From: Archaeoglobus fulgidus DSM 4304
GTDB lineage: Archaea > Halobacteriota > Archaeoglobi > Archaeoglobales > Archaeoglobaceae
Reading direction: 5' to 3'
NCBI RefSeq assembly: GCF_000008665.1
Contig: NC_000917.1
Span: 90,001 to 122,000, forward strand
DNA: 32,000 bases
Shown: positions 1 to 11,590 of the stretch, in pieces
Numbering within the stretch: position 1 is the first letter of the stretch
Layout of the letters: every line of letters begins with the position of its first letter
Program-made: the position numbers and the translations under genes
Notes under the pieces: generated by a model
Databases searched by the model: none
What the model saw: the letters and a program-made list of their open reading frames with translations, nothing else
What the model was told of the DNA's origin: nothing

Positions 1-590
1 TTCTTCCGTTGAGCATCACCGCCACCTCATCCGCAAGCATCGCAGCTTCAATAAGATCGTGAGTTACATGCAATATCGGAACATCAAACTCCCTCTGCAC
101 AAACCTCAGCTCCTCCATCAACACCCCCTTCGTTTTTAGATCAACAGCAGAGAGCGGCTCGTCAAGCAGAAGGAGCCTTGGCTGGATTACAAGGGCTCTT
201 GCCAGCGCCACCCTCTGTCTTTCCCCACCGCTGAGCCTTGCAGGTTTTCTGTCAAGTAAGTGGGCTATGCCGAGCTTTTCCGCCATCTCCCTGACTCTCC
301 TGTCTCTCTCAACCCTCTCAACATTTCTGAGGCCGTAGGCGATGTTCCTGTAAACGCTGAGGTGGGGGAAGAGGGCGTAGTCTTGGGGAACAAAGCCGAT
401 TCCTCTCCTCTCTGGAGGAAGCGGAGTGATGTCAGCACCGTTTAACCTCACCTCTCCCCTGTCAGGCTTTACAATCCCGGCAATAAGTTCGAGAAAAACG
501 CTCTTTCCAGCACCAGTCGGGCCGAGCAGCACGCAGTAGTCTCTGCCCATCTCAAAGTCCACGTTAAGCCTGAAGTTCCCCAGCCTTTTC

Positions 591-613
<23 letters not shown>
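1..613 (-). CDS. modC: ABC transporter ATP-binding subunit, molybdate/tungstate type. The N-terminal ~204 codons are present and the C-terminus lies beyond the window start.
   Basis: Own minus-strand translation from the ATG at 613 gives [46 protein letters not shown]... It has Walker A (GPTGAGKS), the signature [15 protein letters not shown] and Walker B (LLLLDEP). It overlaps the upstream permease gene by 23 nt. It is missing from the ORF track because it runs off the window edge. Confidence 0.9.
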
Positions 614-2407
<1,794 letters not shown>

Positions 2408-2553
2408 TCATATCGGATATTTAACTTTTGTGAAGTGTCGCAAACCCTAACATTTGGTTTAGGGGGAATAATTCAAACGTTTACAAACTCGTTTTGGAAA
2501 GGCTGGAAATAGTCTGAATTCAGTGAGCTAACATGCGTATTATAAAATTTTTG

Positions 2554-2615
2554 TTTTCGAAAATATATTAAAAATTCGATTAATTCCGAATTGTTCGGAG
2601 CCAACCGAATTGTTC
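2554..2615. promoter_or_regulatory. Cluster of palindromes and direct repeats with a TCGA/CCGA core upstream of the modA operon
   Basis: There is a perfect 10-nt palindrome TTTTCGAAAA (2554-2563). There is a second palindrome TCCGAA-ttg-TTCGGA (2585-2599). An 11-nt direct repeat CCGAATTGTTC occurs at 2586-2596 and 2605-2615. Further TCGA-core copies continue to about 2705. Confidence 0.35.
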
Positions 2616-3027
2616 AGAAAGTCCTCATCGAATTTTAGTTTAATAAATTTTGTTTTTGTAATTAAAAATTCGACTTTAAATGTCGAATAAATCAATAATC
2701 GAAATTTGGATAAAATTATTTAGCAATAGATTAACCCTCACACGATACAGGAGCCGATATCCACTTGTTTCTTTCCATATCTGTAACATTCCCTAGAGCC
2801 GAACACCTGAGAGAGTGATAGTGGCCGAAATTCGTGTACCGAAAATGTCTACATAATCAAATTCAAGGTAAATACAGACTGATGAGCAACCTGACTAGCT
2901 GGCATTGGTGTAGCTTCGGAGGATTTCTACGGAGTCATTATCTATTTTGTATTCGCTGAGAGATTTTCGCTCATCTTGGGGAATTCGACCCTGAACTCCA
3001 TCCTGTACAGGGTTTCGTTCTTTCTTT

Positions 3028-3354
3028 TCAGGCCAAAGTTTTTCGGATGGTAGCTTGTCCCCGGTTAGCTTTATGATGTTCGGTTGTTAATCTTTGTAGT
3101 CTCGAAATTCTTTGGTGGGAGCTCCACAGAGCCCAGCTTTGCCGTTGGGACGAACAGTGTGTTACGTTTTCGAACGGTTCTTCGCTTAGGAGGAATATGT
3201 AACAGTCTGAGGTGTATCTTCCTTTAACAGCAAAAGGGTCGAGAAGCCCAAAACCACGGTATACGATAAACATCGGTAAGAAAAAATTCCAAAAAATATA
3301 AAAATAATAACTGCTAATGATACAGTGCCAAGTTAATGGGTCCCATCTTTCCAC
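3028..3354 (-). CDS. Hypothetical ORF of doubtful status, possibly part of a decayed gene
   Basis: The 108-aa ORF has a hydrophobic N-terminus but an odd S/Q/R/W-rich C-terminal half. Adjacent minus-strand frames down to ~2945 also give protein-like stretches, so this may be a gene remnant. Confidence 0.2.
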   Translation of the reverse strand: MERWDPLTWHCIISSYYFYIFWNFFLPMFIVYRGFGLLDPFAVKGRYTSDCYIFLLSEEPFENVTHCSSQRQSWALWSSHQRISRLQRLTTEHHKANRGQATIRKTLA

Positions 3355-3364
3355 TCCACTCTAT

Positions 3365-3728
3365 CTAAGGCGTCCCCATGTGGGCTCCGTAGTAAGCATC
3401 ACCGTATTTGAAGCAGTATGTGTAGCCGCATTCACCAACTTCAGCCTGCTTTTCTGTTAGATACTCGCTAATTTTGTTTCCGGTGCTGAAGTCGAGCTCG
3501 TAGCTTCTCTCCTCTCCCGGAGCCAGTTTCTGCAAGTCCACGAATATCTCCTTCAGCTTCGGAATCTCCCGAAAGTCCTCTTCGGTGATTTCGAAGTAGT
3601 TCTGGGGGGAGGATAGCTTTTTGACGTAGAAAGACATGTGGAGCCCCCATGTGGCCAGCATTATGTGCAGGAAGACCACTGACAACAAAATTAATTAAAA
3701 GTAAAAAGACGAGGTGTTTTTTCTTCAT
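3365..3728 (-). pseudogene. Small secreted protein with terminal His-Met-Gly motifs, apparently frameshifted because the signal peptide and body lie in different frames
   Basis: Frame A (from the ATG at 3728) encodes a clean signal peptide, MKKKHLVFLLLINFVVSGLPAHNAGHMGAPH, and then degenerates. Frame B carries a protein-like body, ...MSFYVKKLSSPQNYFEITEEDFREIPKL...YYGAHMGTP*. A strong SD (GGTGAT) precedes the frame-A ATG. Three homopolymer runs of at least 5 nt lie in the switch zone (3604-3609, 3618-3622, 3644-3648). Confidence 0.4.
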
Positions 3729-3825
3729 GGTATCACTTATCGCTTATTCCGTTGATGTTGATGTTCTATCCTGTGCCTGCATGAATCGCACCATGTATCG
3801 CCCCCTAAAGTGACCCAGCAGCAGT

Positions 3826-3972
3826 TCATGATGCACGGTCATGCTCCCAGTGGGAAATCTCATGCTGTGCAACGATATCCGGGGTTAGGGGTTTCCGTCC
3901 CCTGCCATTGCTTGTGCTAATTCCTCCAAGCTCTCCCAGCACCAAACCACCAGTACTGCTGCCCCATTTCAT
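3826..3972 (-). CDS. Candidate 48-aa small ORF (MKWGSSTGGLVLGELGGISTSNGRGRKPLTPDIVAQHEISHWEHDRAS)
   Basis: This is my own translation; the ORF is below the track cut-off. The ATG is preceded by AGGTGATAC, the same SD context as the neighbouring signal-peptide ORF. It lies 8 nt downstream of the 98-aa membrane-protein gene. Confidence 0.25.
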   Translation of the reverse strand: MKWGSSTGGLVLGELGGISTSNGRGRKPLTPDIVAQHEISHWEHDRAS

Positions 3973-3980
3973 TGTATCAC

Positions 3981-4277
3981 CTATCCGGAAAATTTGGGCA
4001 GCAATTTAGCTATAGTAGCGTAAAATATGCTCAACACGATCGTATTCAGAAAACACAGAAGTATTAACGTCCCATAGAAGCGTATCAGTGGATTTGGATT
4101 TTGCATGATTATCTGTGGCACAAGTTGGATTGTGGGACCATTTGTAGGGATAGCTCCAAAATTTACGAGGAAAAGGATGAAACCTTCAGCAAAAGTGATT
4201 GCAAAACCTATAGCAAGCAAAACGGGGAAGTAGCCTTTTCTAATCTTGGACACTCTTATGAACACATAGCTTGCCAC
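3981..4277 (-). CDS. Hypothetical small integral membrane protein
   Basis: The 98-aa ORF has about 3 hydrophobic helices ([51 protein letters not shown]). I recognise no family. Confidence 0.5.
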
Positions 4278-4326
4278 TGTTGCAGGTATTAAAAAAATAA
4301 ATAGAATTAAAAAACATCCTCAACCC

Positions 4327-4650
4327 TCATCTCATCCCCCTACCCTTCTCACTTCCCTTAAGATACGAGCCAACCGATATTATTAAAGGTAAACTTCCTA
4401 TGGCATAAAGTATCACCCTGTAATGCAGATTGGAAACATGAATGGCTTCTATAAATACTGCTGCAGCGATGCAGACGGCGATGGCGAGACGTGAGATGCT
4501 GATGTTCAGCGATGCAAAAAGAGATGCAAGCCCCACAAGTATAATTATGTAGGAACGGTGGTCGAATTCCATAATTAGATCTAATATTCCAAGCAGGATT
4601 ATAAAAAATGAGATAAAAACCAAAAATTTTTTGCCCTTCATTTTATCCAC
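4327..4650 (-). CDS. Hypothetical small integral membrane protein
   Basis: The 107-aa ORF has about 4 hydrophobic segments. I recognise no family. Confidence 0.5.
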   Translation of the reverse strand: MDKMKGKKFLVFISFFIILLGILDLIMEFDHRSYIIILVGLASLFASLNISISRLAIAVCIAAAVFIEAIHVSNLHYRVILYAIGSLPLIISVGSYLKGSEKGRGMR

Positions 4651-4931
4651 CTCTCATTTGAACAGCTCTTAGAACTGCATACTGTGATTTGTTCACCGCC
4701 GACGGCCATCACCGGCACAACGCTACTATTCAGCACCAAAACCAGACTCAACACCTTTTTCAGATGCTACCACCATTAAAACAATACATCAATTGCTATA
4801 TGTAGTTTCTGACCATAGTTTGAGAATATTTATGTAGAATATTTTGACAACTAAATTATTATATTATATAATTTAAATAAATCCAAGCAGCATTCTGATG
4901 AGTAAGGATATCCCCGCTACCAAACCCCATT

Positions 4932-5396
4932 TTACAGAATCTCGTCCAAATCCGAAATCGGAGAGTAAAAGCCTTTTGCTATCATTTCTTTAAGGATTTG
5001 ATTTCCTTCATCTTTTGAAATCAGGTTCTTTTCAACGCATCGAGCCAGCACGCCGACAGTACCTGAAACTGGAACACCTAAAATGTTGGCAACCTTTCTG
5101 GCATCGAAGTCGTCTGTAAGGAGAGGTATTTTTCGATTTTTTGCAATAGCCAAGCAAGAAGCTTCTCCCTTCCCCAGATTTGTTCTCAGAGAGTTGTAAA
5201 TATCCAACTCATACTCCTCAAGCCTCAGAATTTCAAAATTGCGGGGCAAAGCTGGTAACACGCCTCGTTTAACACCAAACTCAAACTCTTCCTTAACCTG
5301 CTCGGTCACAAATAGTTTTTCGAAGGCTTTACTGAGAAGGTCGACTCTACCGACTTTTGCAAAGTTCGAAAGAACGGTATTATCGACTAAAACCAT
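4932..5396 (-). CDS. PIN-domain nuclease, probable toxin (DUF3368/COG2405-like)
   Basis: The 154-aa ORF starts MVLVDNTVLSNF (N-terminal acidic PIN signature) and later has LLTDDFDARK. It overlaps the upstream UPF0175-like gene by 10 nt, a typical toxin-antitoxin arrangement. Confidence 0.75.
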   Translation of the reverse strand: MVLVDNTVLSNFAKVGRVDLLSKAFEKLFVTEQVKEEFEFGVKRGVLPALPRNFEILRLEEYELDIYNSLRTNLGKGEASCLAIAKNRKIPLLTDDFDARKVANILGVPVSGTVGVLARCVEKNLISKDEGNQILKEMIAKGFYSPISDLDEIL

Positions 5397-5668
5397 TTGA
5401 TCGCCTCTACTTCGGCGACCAGGTCATCTTTGTTCAAATTTCTTAGAGGCACTCCCCTCTTTCTAAGAATCTCAGCCATTTCATCTCGCGTAATTTCAAG
5501 CAATTCAGAAGCCTTGGACAGGCTAATCAGCCCCTCAACGTAGGCGGAGATAACAATTTCTTCGAACAACTCCTTATCTCTCCTGAGATTGGCAAGAAGC
5601 TCTTCGAGTCTCTTCGGATTTGATTTAACAACATTTTCTATTCCTTTTACAATCCAGATGGCGTTCAT
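5387..5668 (-). CDS. UPF0175-family protein, probable antitoxin of the PIN toxin
   Basis: The 93-aa ORF has the motif ISLSKASELLEITRDEMAEILRKRGVPL (an HTH-like UPF0175 hallmark). It lies immediately upstream of the PIN gene and overlaps it. Confidence 0.7.
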   Translation of the reverse strand: MNAIWIVKGIENVVKSNPKRLEELLANLRRDKELFEEIVISAYVEGLISLSKASELLEITRDEMAEILRKRGVPLRNLNKDDLVAEVEAIKWF

Positions 5669-6065
5669 ATTCTCCCACTATACTTCAGTGGTTAAAGAGC
5701 CTCAAATAATTTTCGACTCGCCGACTGTGGAGCAGCATCCAGATTGAAGTAACCAGGAATACCTTTTGATGCTTCCAAAATAAGGGAAGTCCAATCAGAA
5801 ACGTTCACAGTTCGTGGCTATTAAAATCACGTAAAACAGTCCAAAATTGTGGCTATTAATTGAAACAAACCGTAAGGTAAAAGCAGAGCTTCTCCAATCA
5901 ATGGCGCTCTGTGAAAAGCAGTTGCTGCGAGAGAGGACATGTGGAGAAGTTCAGGCAGCTGCTGAGGGATAAGCAGAGGGTACCAGTAATAGAACGGATT
6001 AGAGCAGAATAAACACTAAAAAATTAAGGCAAAGACCATTAAAGTCGATTATAGAGTGTGTTCGA

Positions 6066-6296
6066 TCAAAGTGAAGCTTTCGTGAGTTGGGAAATATTTG
6101 GAAATGCCCTATAGACTAACATCAAAAATACATAGGCCAGAAGAGAGAAGGCAAAGGGTACGTCAGATCTCTTACTCTTCACCTCCATACTCAGAAAAAC
6201 CAAACCTGTGAAATTACTGCAAGAAAGGCTCCAAATTCGTGAAAGGATAGTCTTGGGAATACTATGTAGATCGAAATATTCATAAACACCTATCAT
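6066..6296 (-). CDS. Hypothetical small ORF of uncertain status
   Basis: The 76-aa ORF has its ATG overlapping the upstream gene's TGA (ATGA at 6293-6296), which suggests translational coupling. Its composition is unremarkable. Confidence 0.3.
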   Translation of the reverse strand: MIGVYEYFDLHSIPKTILSRIWSLSCSNFTGLVFLSMEVKSKRSDVPFAFSLLAYVFLMLVYRAFPNISQLTKASL

Positions 6297-6943
6297 ACCG
6301 CGAAAATTAACCTCACTCTCTCTTCACCCTCCGCAAGCTGCCAGCCTTTTTTGGTGATTTTTACTTCCAGATACTTGTGCCCTGCGTAAGGTTTCCAGCC
6401 GTATCTGGGCTCCCACGGAATTGTGAAGGTGAAGAAAAAGGGAAGAGCTTTAAAACCCGACTCTACGTGTAAAGTGACATAAATCGTAGAGTTCCCCTCA
6501 AATTCTGCATAAACGGGAATCTTAACTCTGTAGACCATAGATAACTCTTTCTTGTTTTCTGTTTTTGAAAGGAGTTCCCTTTCAAGAATCGGAGAGAGCG
6601 TTATATTTTCATTTATAATATCAATTGTTTTCTCGCTGCTTATAAAACTCGTTATGGTTATATGACCCACTTCCTCAGCTTCGATCTTTATCATTTTACC
6701 GTACTGAGTATCGAGAAGGGAAATGTTGCCTTCACGAAGAGGCTTAATTTCGGCGATATCCCCATTTAAACTGCAAGTTGGAATAATCAAAGTCACATTC
6801 TTTGGCAATTTTTTATCGAAGCTGGTCACATAATACGTATAACTTGAAGGAAGATTTATGAATGCAAGTGTCATGTCCGAAAACTCGAAACCTATGAAGA
6901 AAATTAAGAAAAAAATAACCAGAATAACATTTTTCCTCCTCAT
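6293..6943 (-). CDS. Hypothetical exported or membrane-anchored protein
   Basis: The 216-aa ORF has an N-terminal signal/anchor sequence (MRRKNVILVIFFLIFFIGF). The remainder is beta-rich in appearance. It lies 3 nt downstream of the regulator gene. Confidence 0.6.
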   Translation of the reverse strand: MRRKNVILVIFFLIFFIGFEFSDMTLAFINLPSSYTYYVTSFDKKLPKNVTLIIPTCSLNGDIAEIKPLREGNISLLDTQYGKMIKIEAEEVGHITITSFISSEKTIDIINENITLSPILERELLSKTENKKELSMVYRVKIPVYAEFEGNSTIYVTLHVESGFKALPFFFTFTIPWEPRYGWKPYAGHKYLEVKITKKGWQLAEGEERVRLIFAV

Positions 6944-6946
6944 CTT

Positions 6947-7513
6947 TCACCACCCCATGAAACTAAAATCTACACTCCAATCCCATAGGCTTTTTTGTCG
7001 TAGTACCTCCTCAGTTAAAGTCAGCTTCACATCCCTCTCTGCTGAGAGTTCCAAAAACAAATGGGGAAAGGCAGGGTGATAGACTGAAGAGAGGCCTTGA
7101 ATTCGCCCGGAATTTTTGACGATGTCGAGCCACTCTGGAAGGAACTCGTAAGGGTTTTTCTTGGTGTAAATCTTTGCTCCATAAAGCATTCCAACTCTGT
7201 TGAGCAGGTTTGCAGGGATGGGTGAAATATCGTGCTCACTCAGGAATTTTCCGCAGCTTCCAATAACATTGAGAAATCTGGCAAACTCAGAAAACTTTTC
7301 AAGAAAAAGCTCACCGACTTTTGTTGTCCTGTAATGCCTACCATTTTTTTCAATAAGTCCAAAGGTGTTCAGGAATTTTAAGTGCGGAATTAAACTCTGC
7401 TTTCTCAGCCCAATTTCGCAGGAAATTTCTGAAAGGTCTTTCCATTCTTTCAGAAGTTTAAGCAGCCTCATTTTCGTCGCTGACAGGTTCCTGAGCTCGT
7501 CCAGTCCTGCCAT
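6947..7513 (-). CDS. Winged-helix transcriptional regulator with a DUF1724-like C-terminal domain
   Basis: The 188-aa ORF has an N-terminal ArsR-like wHTH (KMRLLKLLKEWKDLSEISCEIGLRKQSLIPHLKFLNTFGLIEKNGRHY). Its C-terminal part resembles archaeal DUF1724 regulators. Confidence 0.65.
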   Translation of the reverse strand: MAGLDELRNLSATKMRLLKLLKEWKDLSEISCEIGLRKQSLIPHLKFLNTFGLIEKNGRHYRTTKVGELFLEKFSEFARFLNVIGSCGKFLSEHDISPIPANLLNRVGMLYGAKIYTKKNPYEFLPEWLDIVKNSGRIQGLSSVYHPAFPHLFLELSAERDVKLTLTEEVLRQKSLWDWSVDFSFMGW

Positions 7514-7622
7514 TTGATGAATGTTGAATTGGTAAATTTATAAAGCTTGTGCTGCTTCAGCAAGTGCATGTTCTTTGGTCTCATGCTAAAAAGTTATCTA
7601 AATCCCTGCCCCTATTTCGTTC

Positions 7623-8192
7623 ATGGAGAAGAAGATTGTCTACTTCAACAAACCCGGAAGGGAGAACACCGAGGAAACTCTGAGACTTGCGGTCGAGAGG
7701 GCTAAGGAGCTTGGTATTAAACACCTTGTCGTGGCGTCATCCTACGGCGATACAGCCATGAAAGCTCTTGAAATGGCCGAAGGGCTCGAAGTGGTCGTTG
7801 TGACCTACCACACTGGCTTCGTGAGGGAGGGAGAGAACACAATGCCTCCTGAGGTGGAGGAAGAGCTCAGAAAAAGGGGAGCGAAAATCGTAAGGCAGTC
7901 CCACATCCTCTCCGGCTTGGAGAGGAGCATCAGCAGGAAGCTTGGAGGAGTCAGCAGAACCGAGGCTATTGCTGAGGCTCTTCGCTCCCTCTTCGGGCAT
8001 GGGCTGAAGGTCTGCGTTGAGATAACAATAATGGCCGCAGACAGCGGGGCAATACCCATTGAGGAGGTCGTTGCCGTGGGCGGGAGAAGCAGAGGAGCAG
8101 ACACCGCTGTTGTCATTCGCCCGGCTCACATGAACAACTTCTTCGATGCTGAAATAAAGGAGATAATCTGCATGCCGAGGAATAAGCGTTGA
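7623..8192 (+). CDS. Pyruvate-kinase C-terminal (alpha/beta) domain-like protein of unknown function
   Basis: The 189-aa ORF begins [45 protein letters not shown]... This is typical of the stand-alone archaeal PK_C-like family. Confidence 0.6.
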
Positions 8193-8202
8193 TGGGATAG
8201 AC

Positions 8203-8619
8203 TCACCATAAAAAGAGCCCTGTTTGCTCGTCAAAAGCCCTTTCGGGAGCCTCTCCACTCAGGGGCAGAACGAAGACCTCGCAGGCGAAAACCTCCGCTG
8301 AAAACAGATGTCCTCCGTAAACCTCCCCATCCTTCCCCAGCAAAACGTGGATGTGGCAGAAGGGCTTGCTATCCTTCATCGAGACATTACCGGACAAACT
8401 TAAGATTTCAAGCGGCTCCATCAACTCCTTTTTTACGTACTCTTTCTTCTCCTGATCATAGTAGCCTATCACAGCACTCCTGACCGCTCCTATCGCTGAA
8501 ATGTGGGCTGCATGTATTCCCTTCTCCTCCAGAAATTCCTCGATCTGCCTTACCAGATCTTTCCCGTAGTCCAGCCTGAGCAGGAAACCTTTGCCTACCT
8601 CAAACTCGAATACCTTCAT
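8203..8619 (-). CDS. PPC/DUF296-domain protein
   Basis: Starting at the internal Met gives MKVFEFEVGKGFLLRLDYGKDLVRQIEEFLEEKGIHAAHISAIGAV..., which is DUF296-like. This start overlaps the upstream gene's stop by 4 nt. The 30-codon N-terminal extension in the ORF track looks spurious. Confidence 0.7.
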   Translation of the reverse strand: MKVFEFEVGKGFLLRLDYGKDLVRQIEEFLEEKGIHAAHISAIGAVRSAVIGYYDQEKKEYVKKELMEPLEILSLSGNVSMKDSKPFCHIHVLLGKDGEVYGGHLFSAEVFACEVFVLPLSGEAPERAFDEQTGLFLW

Positions 8620-8963
8620 ACTCCTCCAATCTGCTGCTCCGCAATGTCTCCTACAACAGGAAGCTTGAACCACTCGTTGCTGTAGGCCTTGTAAATGCAC
8701 ACCAGCCACGTTATAAAGGCGACCAACCCCACGATGGGAATCAAAAGCACTCCTATGTAGGGGATAAACGAGAGAGCTATGTCCAGAACCCAGAATCCGG
8801 CAAAGGTAATCGTCGATTGCATGGCGTGGAACTTCACAAACTGGCTCTCCTTTTCCATCAAGAGGAAGAGAATACCCGTAATCGGGCCAAGCAGGTAGCT
8901 CAGCGCTCCGGCAACATTTTCCTTCAAACCAGTAGAACTCGGCATGGAGTATAATTTCTTCAT
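8616..8963 (-). CDS. DUF4870-like small membrane protein
   Basis: The 115-aa ORF contains the motif LLGPITGILFLLMEKESQFVKFHAMQS and has 3 transmembrane segments. Confidence 0.6.
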   Translation of the reverse strand: MKKLYSMPSSTGLKENVAGALSYLLGPITGILFLLMEKESQFVKFHAMQSTITFAGFWVLDIALSFIPYIGVLLIPIVGLVAFITWLVCIYKAYSNEWFKLPVVGDIAEQQIGGV

Positions 8964-9022
8964 AATTATTTAAGCTTTTGCTTGGTTATATCAAGTGCAA
9001 TAGCATACGGGAGAAAGTTTAA

Positions 9023-10397
<1,375 letters not shown>

Positions 10398-10401
<4 letters not shown>

Positions 10402-11210
10402 CTCTTCAGGAACTCCAAGGCCTCGCTGACGTCAGCGTTATCGTGGACTATCATAGATATTGCCCTCGTCATCTTTGTCGGATTATTGGCTTGGAAAATG
10501 TTCCTTCCTATTGCCACTCCCCTCGCTCCAGCATCCATTGCCATCCTGACCATTCTGAGTATGTCCTCATCGCTGCCCATCTTCGGCCCCCCAGCCACCA
10601 CAACCGGCACTGGACATCCATCGACAACTCTCCTGAAGCTTTCCACGTCTCCGGTGAAGTTCGTCTTGATTATGTCCGCCCCAAGCTCCGCCCCTACCCT
10701 TGCAGCGAGAGCTACCGCCTTCTCATCGAACTGGTTGATTCCATCCCCTCTCGGGTACATCATCGCCAGCAGCGGCATTCCCCACTCCCCGGCTATTTTC
10801 GAAATCTCCCCGAGCTTCCTCAACTGGTATGCCTCTGTCTTGCTGCCCACATTTACGTGAACGCTTACAGCATCAGCACCGAGCTTTATCGCCTCCTCAA
10901 CCGTGCACACCAGAACCTTCTCATTCGGGTCAGGAGCGAGAGAGGTTGATGCACTGAGGTGGATGATTAGGCCAACATCCTTCCCGTATCCCCTATGACC
11001 GAAGCCAACCACACCCTTGTGCAAAACTACAGCATTCGCCCCACCCTCAGCCACAGCATTTACAGTCTCAGCCAAATTTTTCAGCCCCTCGATCGGCCCC
11101 ATAGACACTCCGTGGTCCATTGGGACGATTACGGTATTCCTGCTTTCCCGGTTAATTATTCTCTCAATTCTTATTTTCTTGCCAATCTTTGTCATGCTAC
11201 TTAGTTTCAA
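10398..11210 (-). CDS. aroA': DhnA-family class I aldolase, likely 2-amino-3,7-dideoxy-D-threo-hept-6-ulosonate (ADH) synthase or a class Ia FBP-aldolase homolog
   Basis: The 270-aa TIM-barrel aldolase shows the DhnA pattern (VIVPMDHG, a Schiff-base Lys region IIKTNF, and GRNIFQ). Confidence 0.7.
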
Positions 11211-11219
11211 AGTGGCAAT

Positions 11220-11558
11220 TTAAACTTTGCGGTTTACTCTTTTGGGCCGGATGGGAATTCTCCTCTCAAAACCGCAGTTGAGGCATGTGATAATAACCCT
11301 GCTCTTCCTCACCCTCACTCTGAATTTCCCAGCCTTGTAGGGGTAGAGGCACTTCTTGCAGTAAGTTGCCTTCAGCTCTCGCGGAATTCTCACCCTGTAC
11401 CTCATCGCAATTTTCCTTGCCAGCTCAACGTATCTCCTTGCAAGCTCGTAGTCGATGTTTTTCCACTCCTCAGCCCTTTTTATGAGGTAAAAAACCCTCT
11501 CTCTGGCAATCCTCGACTCCCTCTTCTTGTCCCTTCTGAGCACGCAGGCAGTAAACAA
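11220..11558 (-). CDS. rnp4: RNase P protein component 4 (Rpp21/Rpr2 family)
   Basis: The ORF has a basic N-terminal helix ([24 protein letters not shown]) and a zinc ribbon (CKKC...CLNCG). The start is either the TTG at 11558 or the GTG at 11543. Confidence 0.85.
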   Translation of the reverse strand: MFTACVLRRDKKRESRIARERVFYLIKRAEEWKNIDYELARRYVELARKIAMRYRVRIPRELKATYCKKCLYPYKAGKFRVRVRKSRVIITCLNCGFERRIPIRPKRVNRKV

Positions 11559-11590
11559 AAAGATAAATAGCCTTTTGTATCTCAGCCGTT

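Noticed and set aside
2871-2940. A possible C/D-box sRNA (CTGATGA at ~2879, with TGAC/CTGA-like boxes nearby). Similar TGATGA hits occur at ~4897, ~7515 and ~30046.
   Set aside because: The box spacing is wrong, with only ~5 nt between the C and D'-like boxes. There is no matching C'/D pair or terminal stem within 50-70 nt.
8203-8240. The DUF296 protein C-terminus ...AFDEQTGLFLW* superficially resembles the FDEGDWPLW tail.
   Set aside because: It lacks the W-P core and the upstream EMG-x-x-F helix. The ending looks like the normal end of the PPC/DUF296 fold, so this is probably coincidence.
7737-8258. Minus-strand ORFs 7737-8258 and 7805-8116 lie opposite the PK_C-like gene.
   Set aside because: They are shadow ORFs antisense to a well-formed gene, with low-complexity composition.
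8620-8709. A 30-codon extension of the DUF296 ORF (MAGVHLQGLQQRVVQASCC...).
   Set aside because: It overlaps the upstream DUF4870 gene. The family-typical N-terminus begins at MKVFEF with a 4-nt overlap.
10443-11223. Plus-strand ORFs (10443-10949, 10486-10860, 10995-11204, 11017-11223) lie opposite the aldolase gene.
   Set aside because: They are antisense shadows of a clearly recognisable DhnA-type aldolase.
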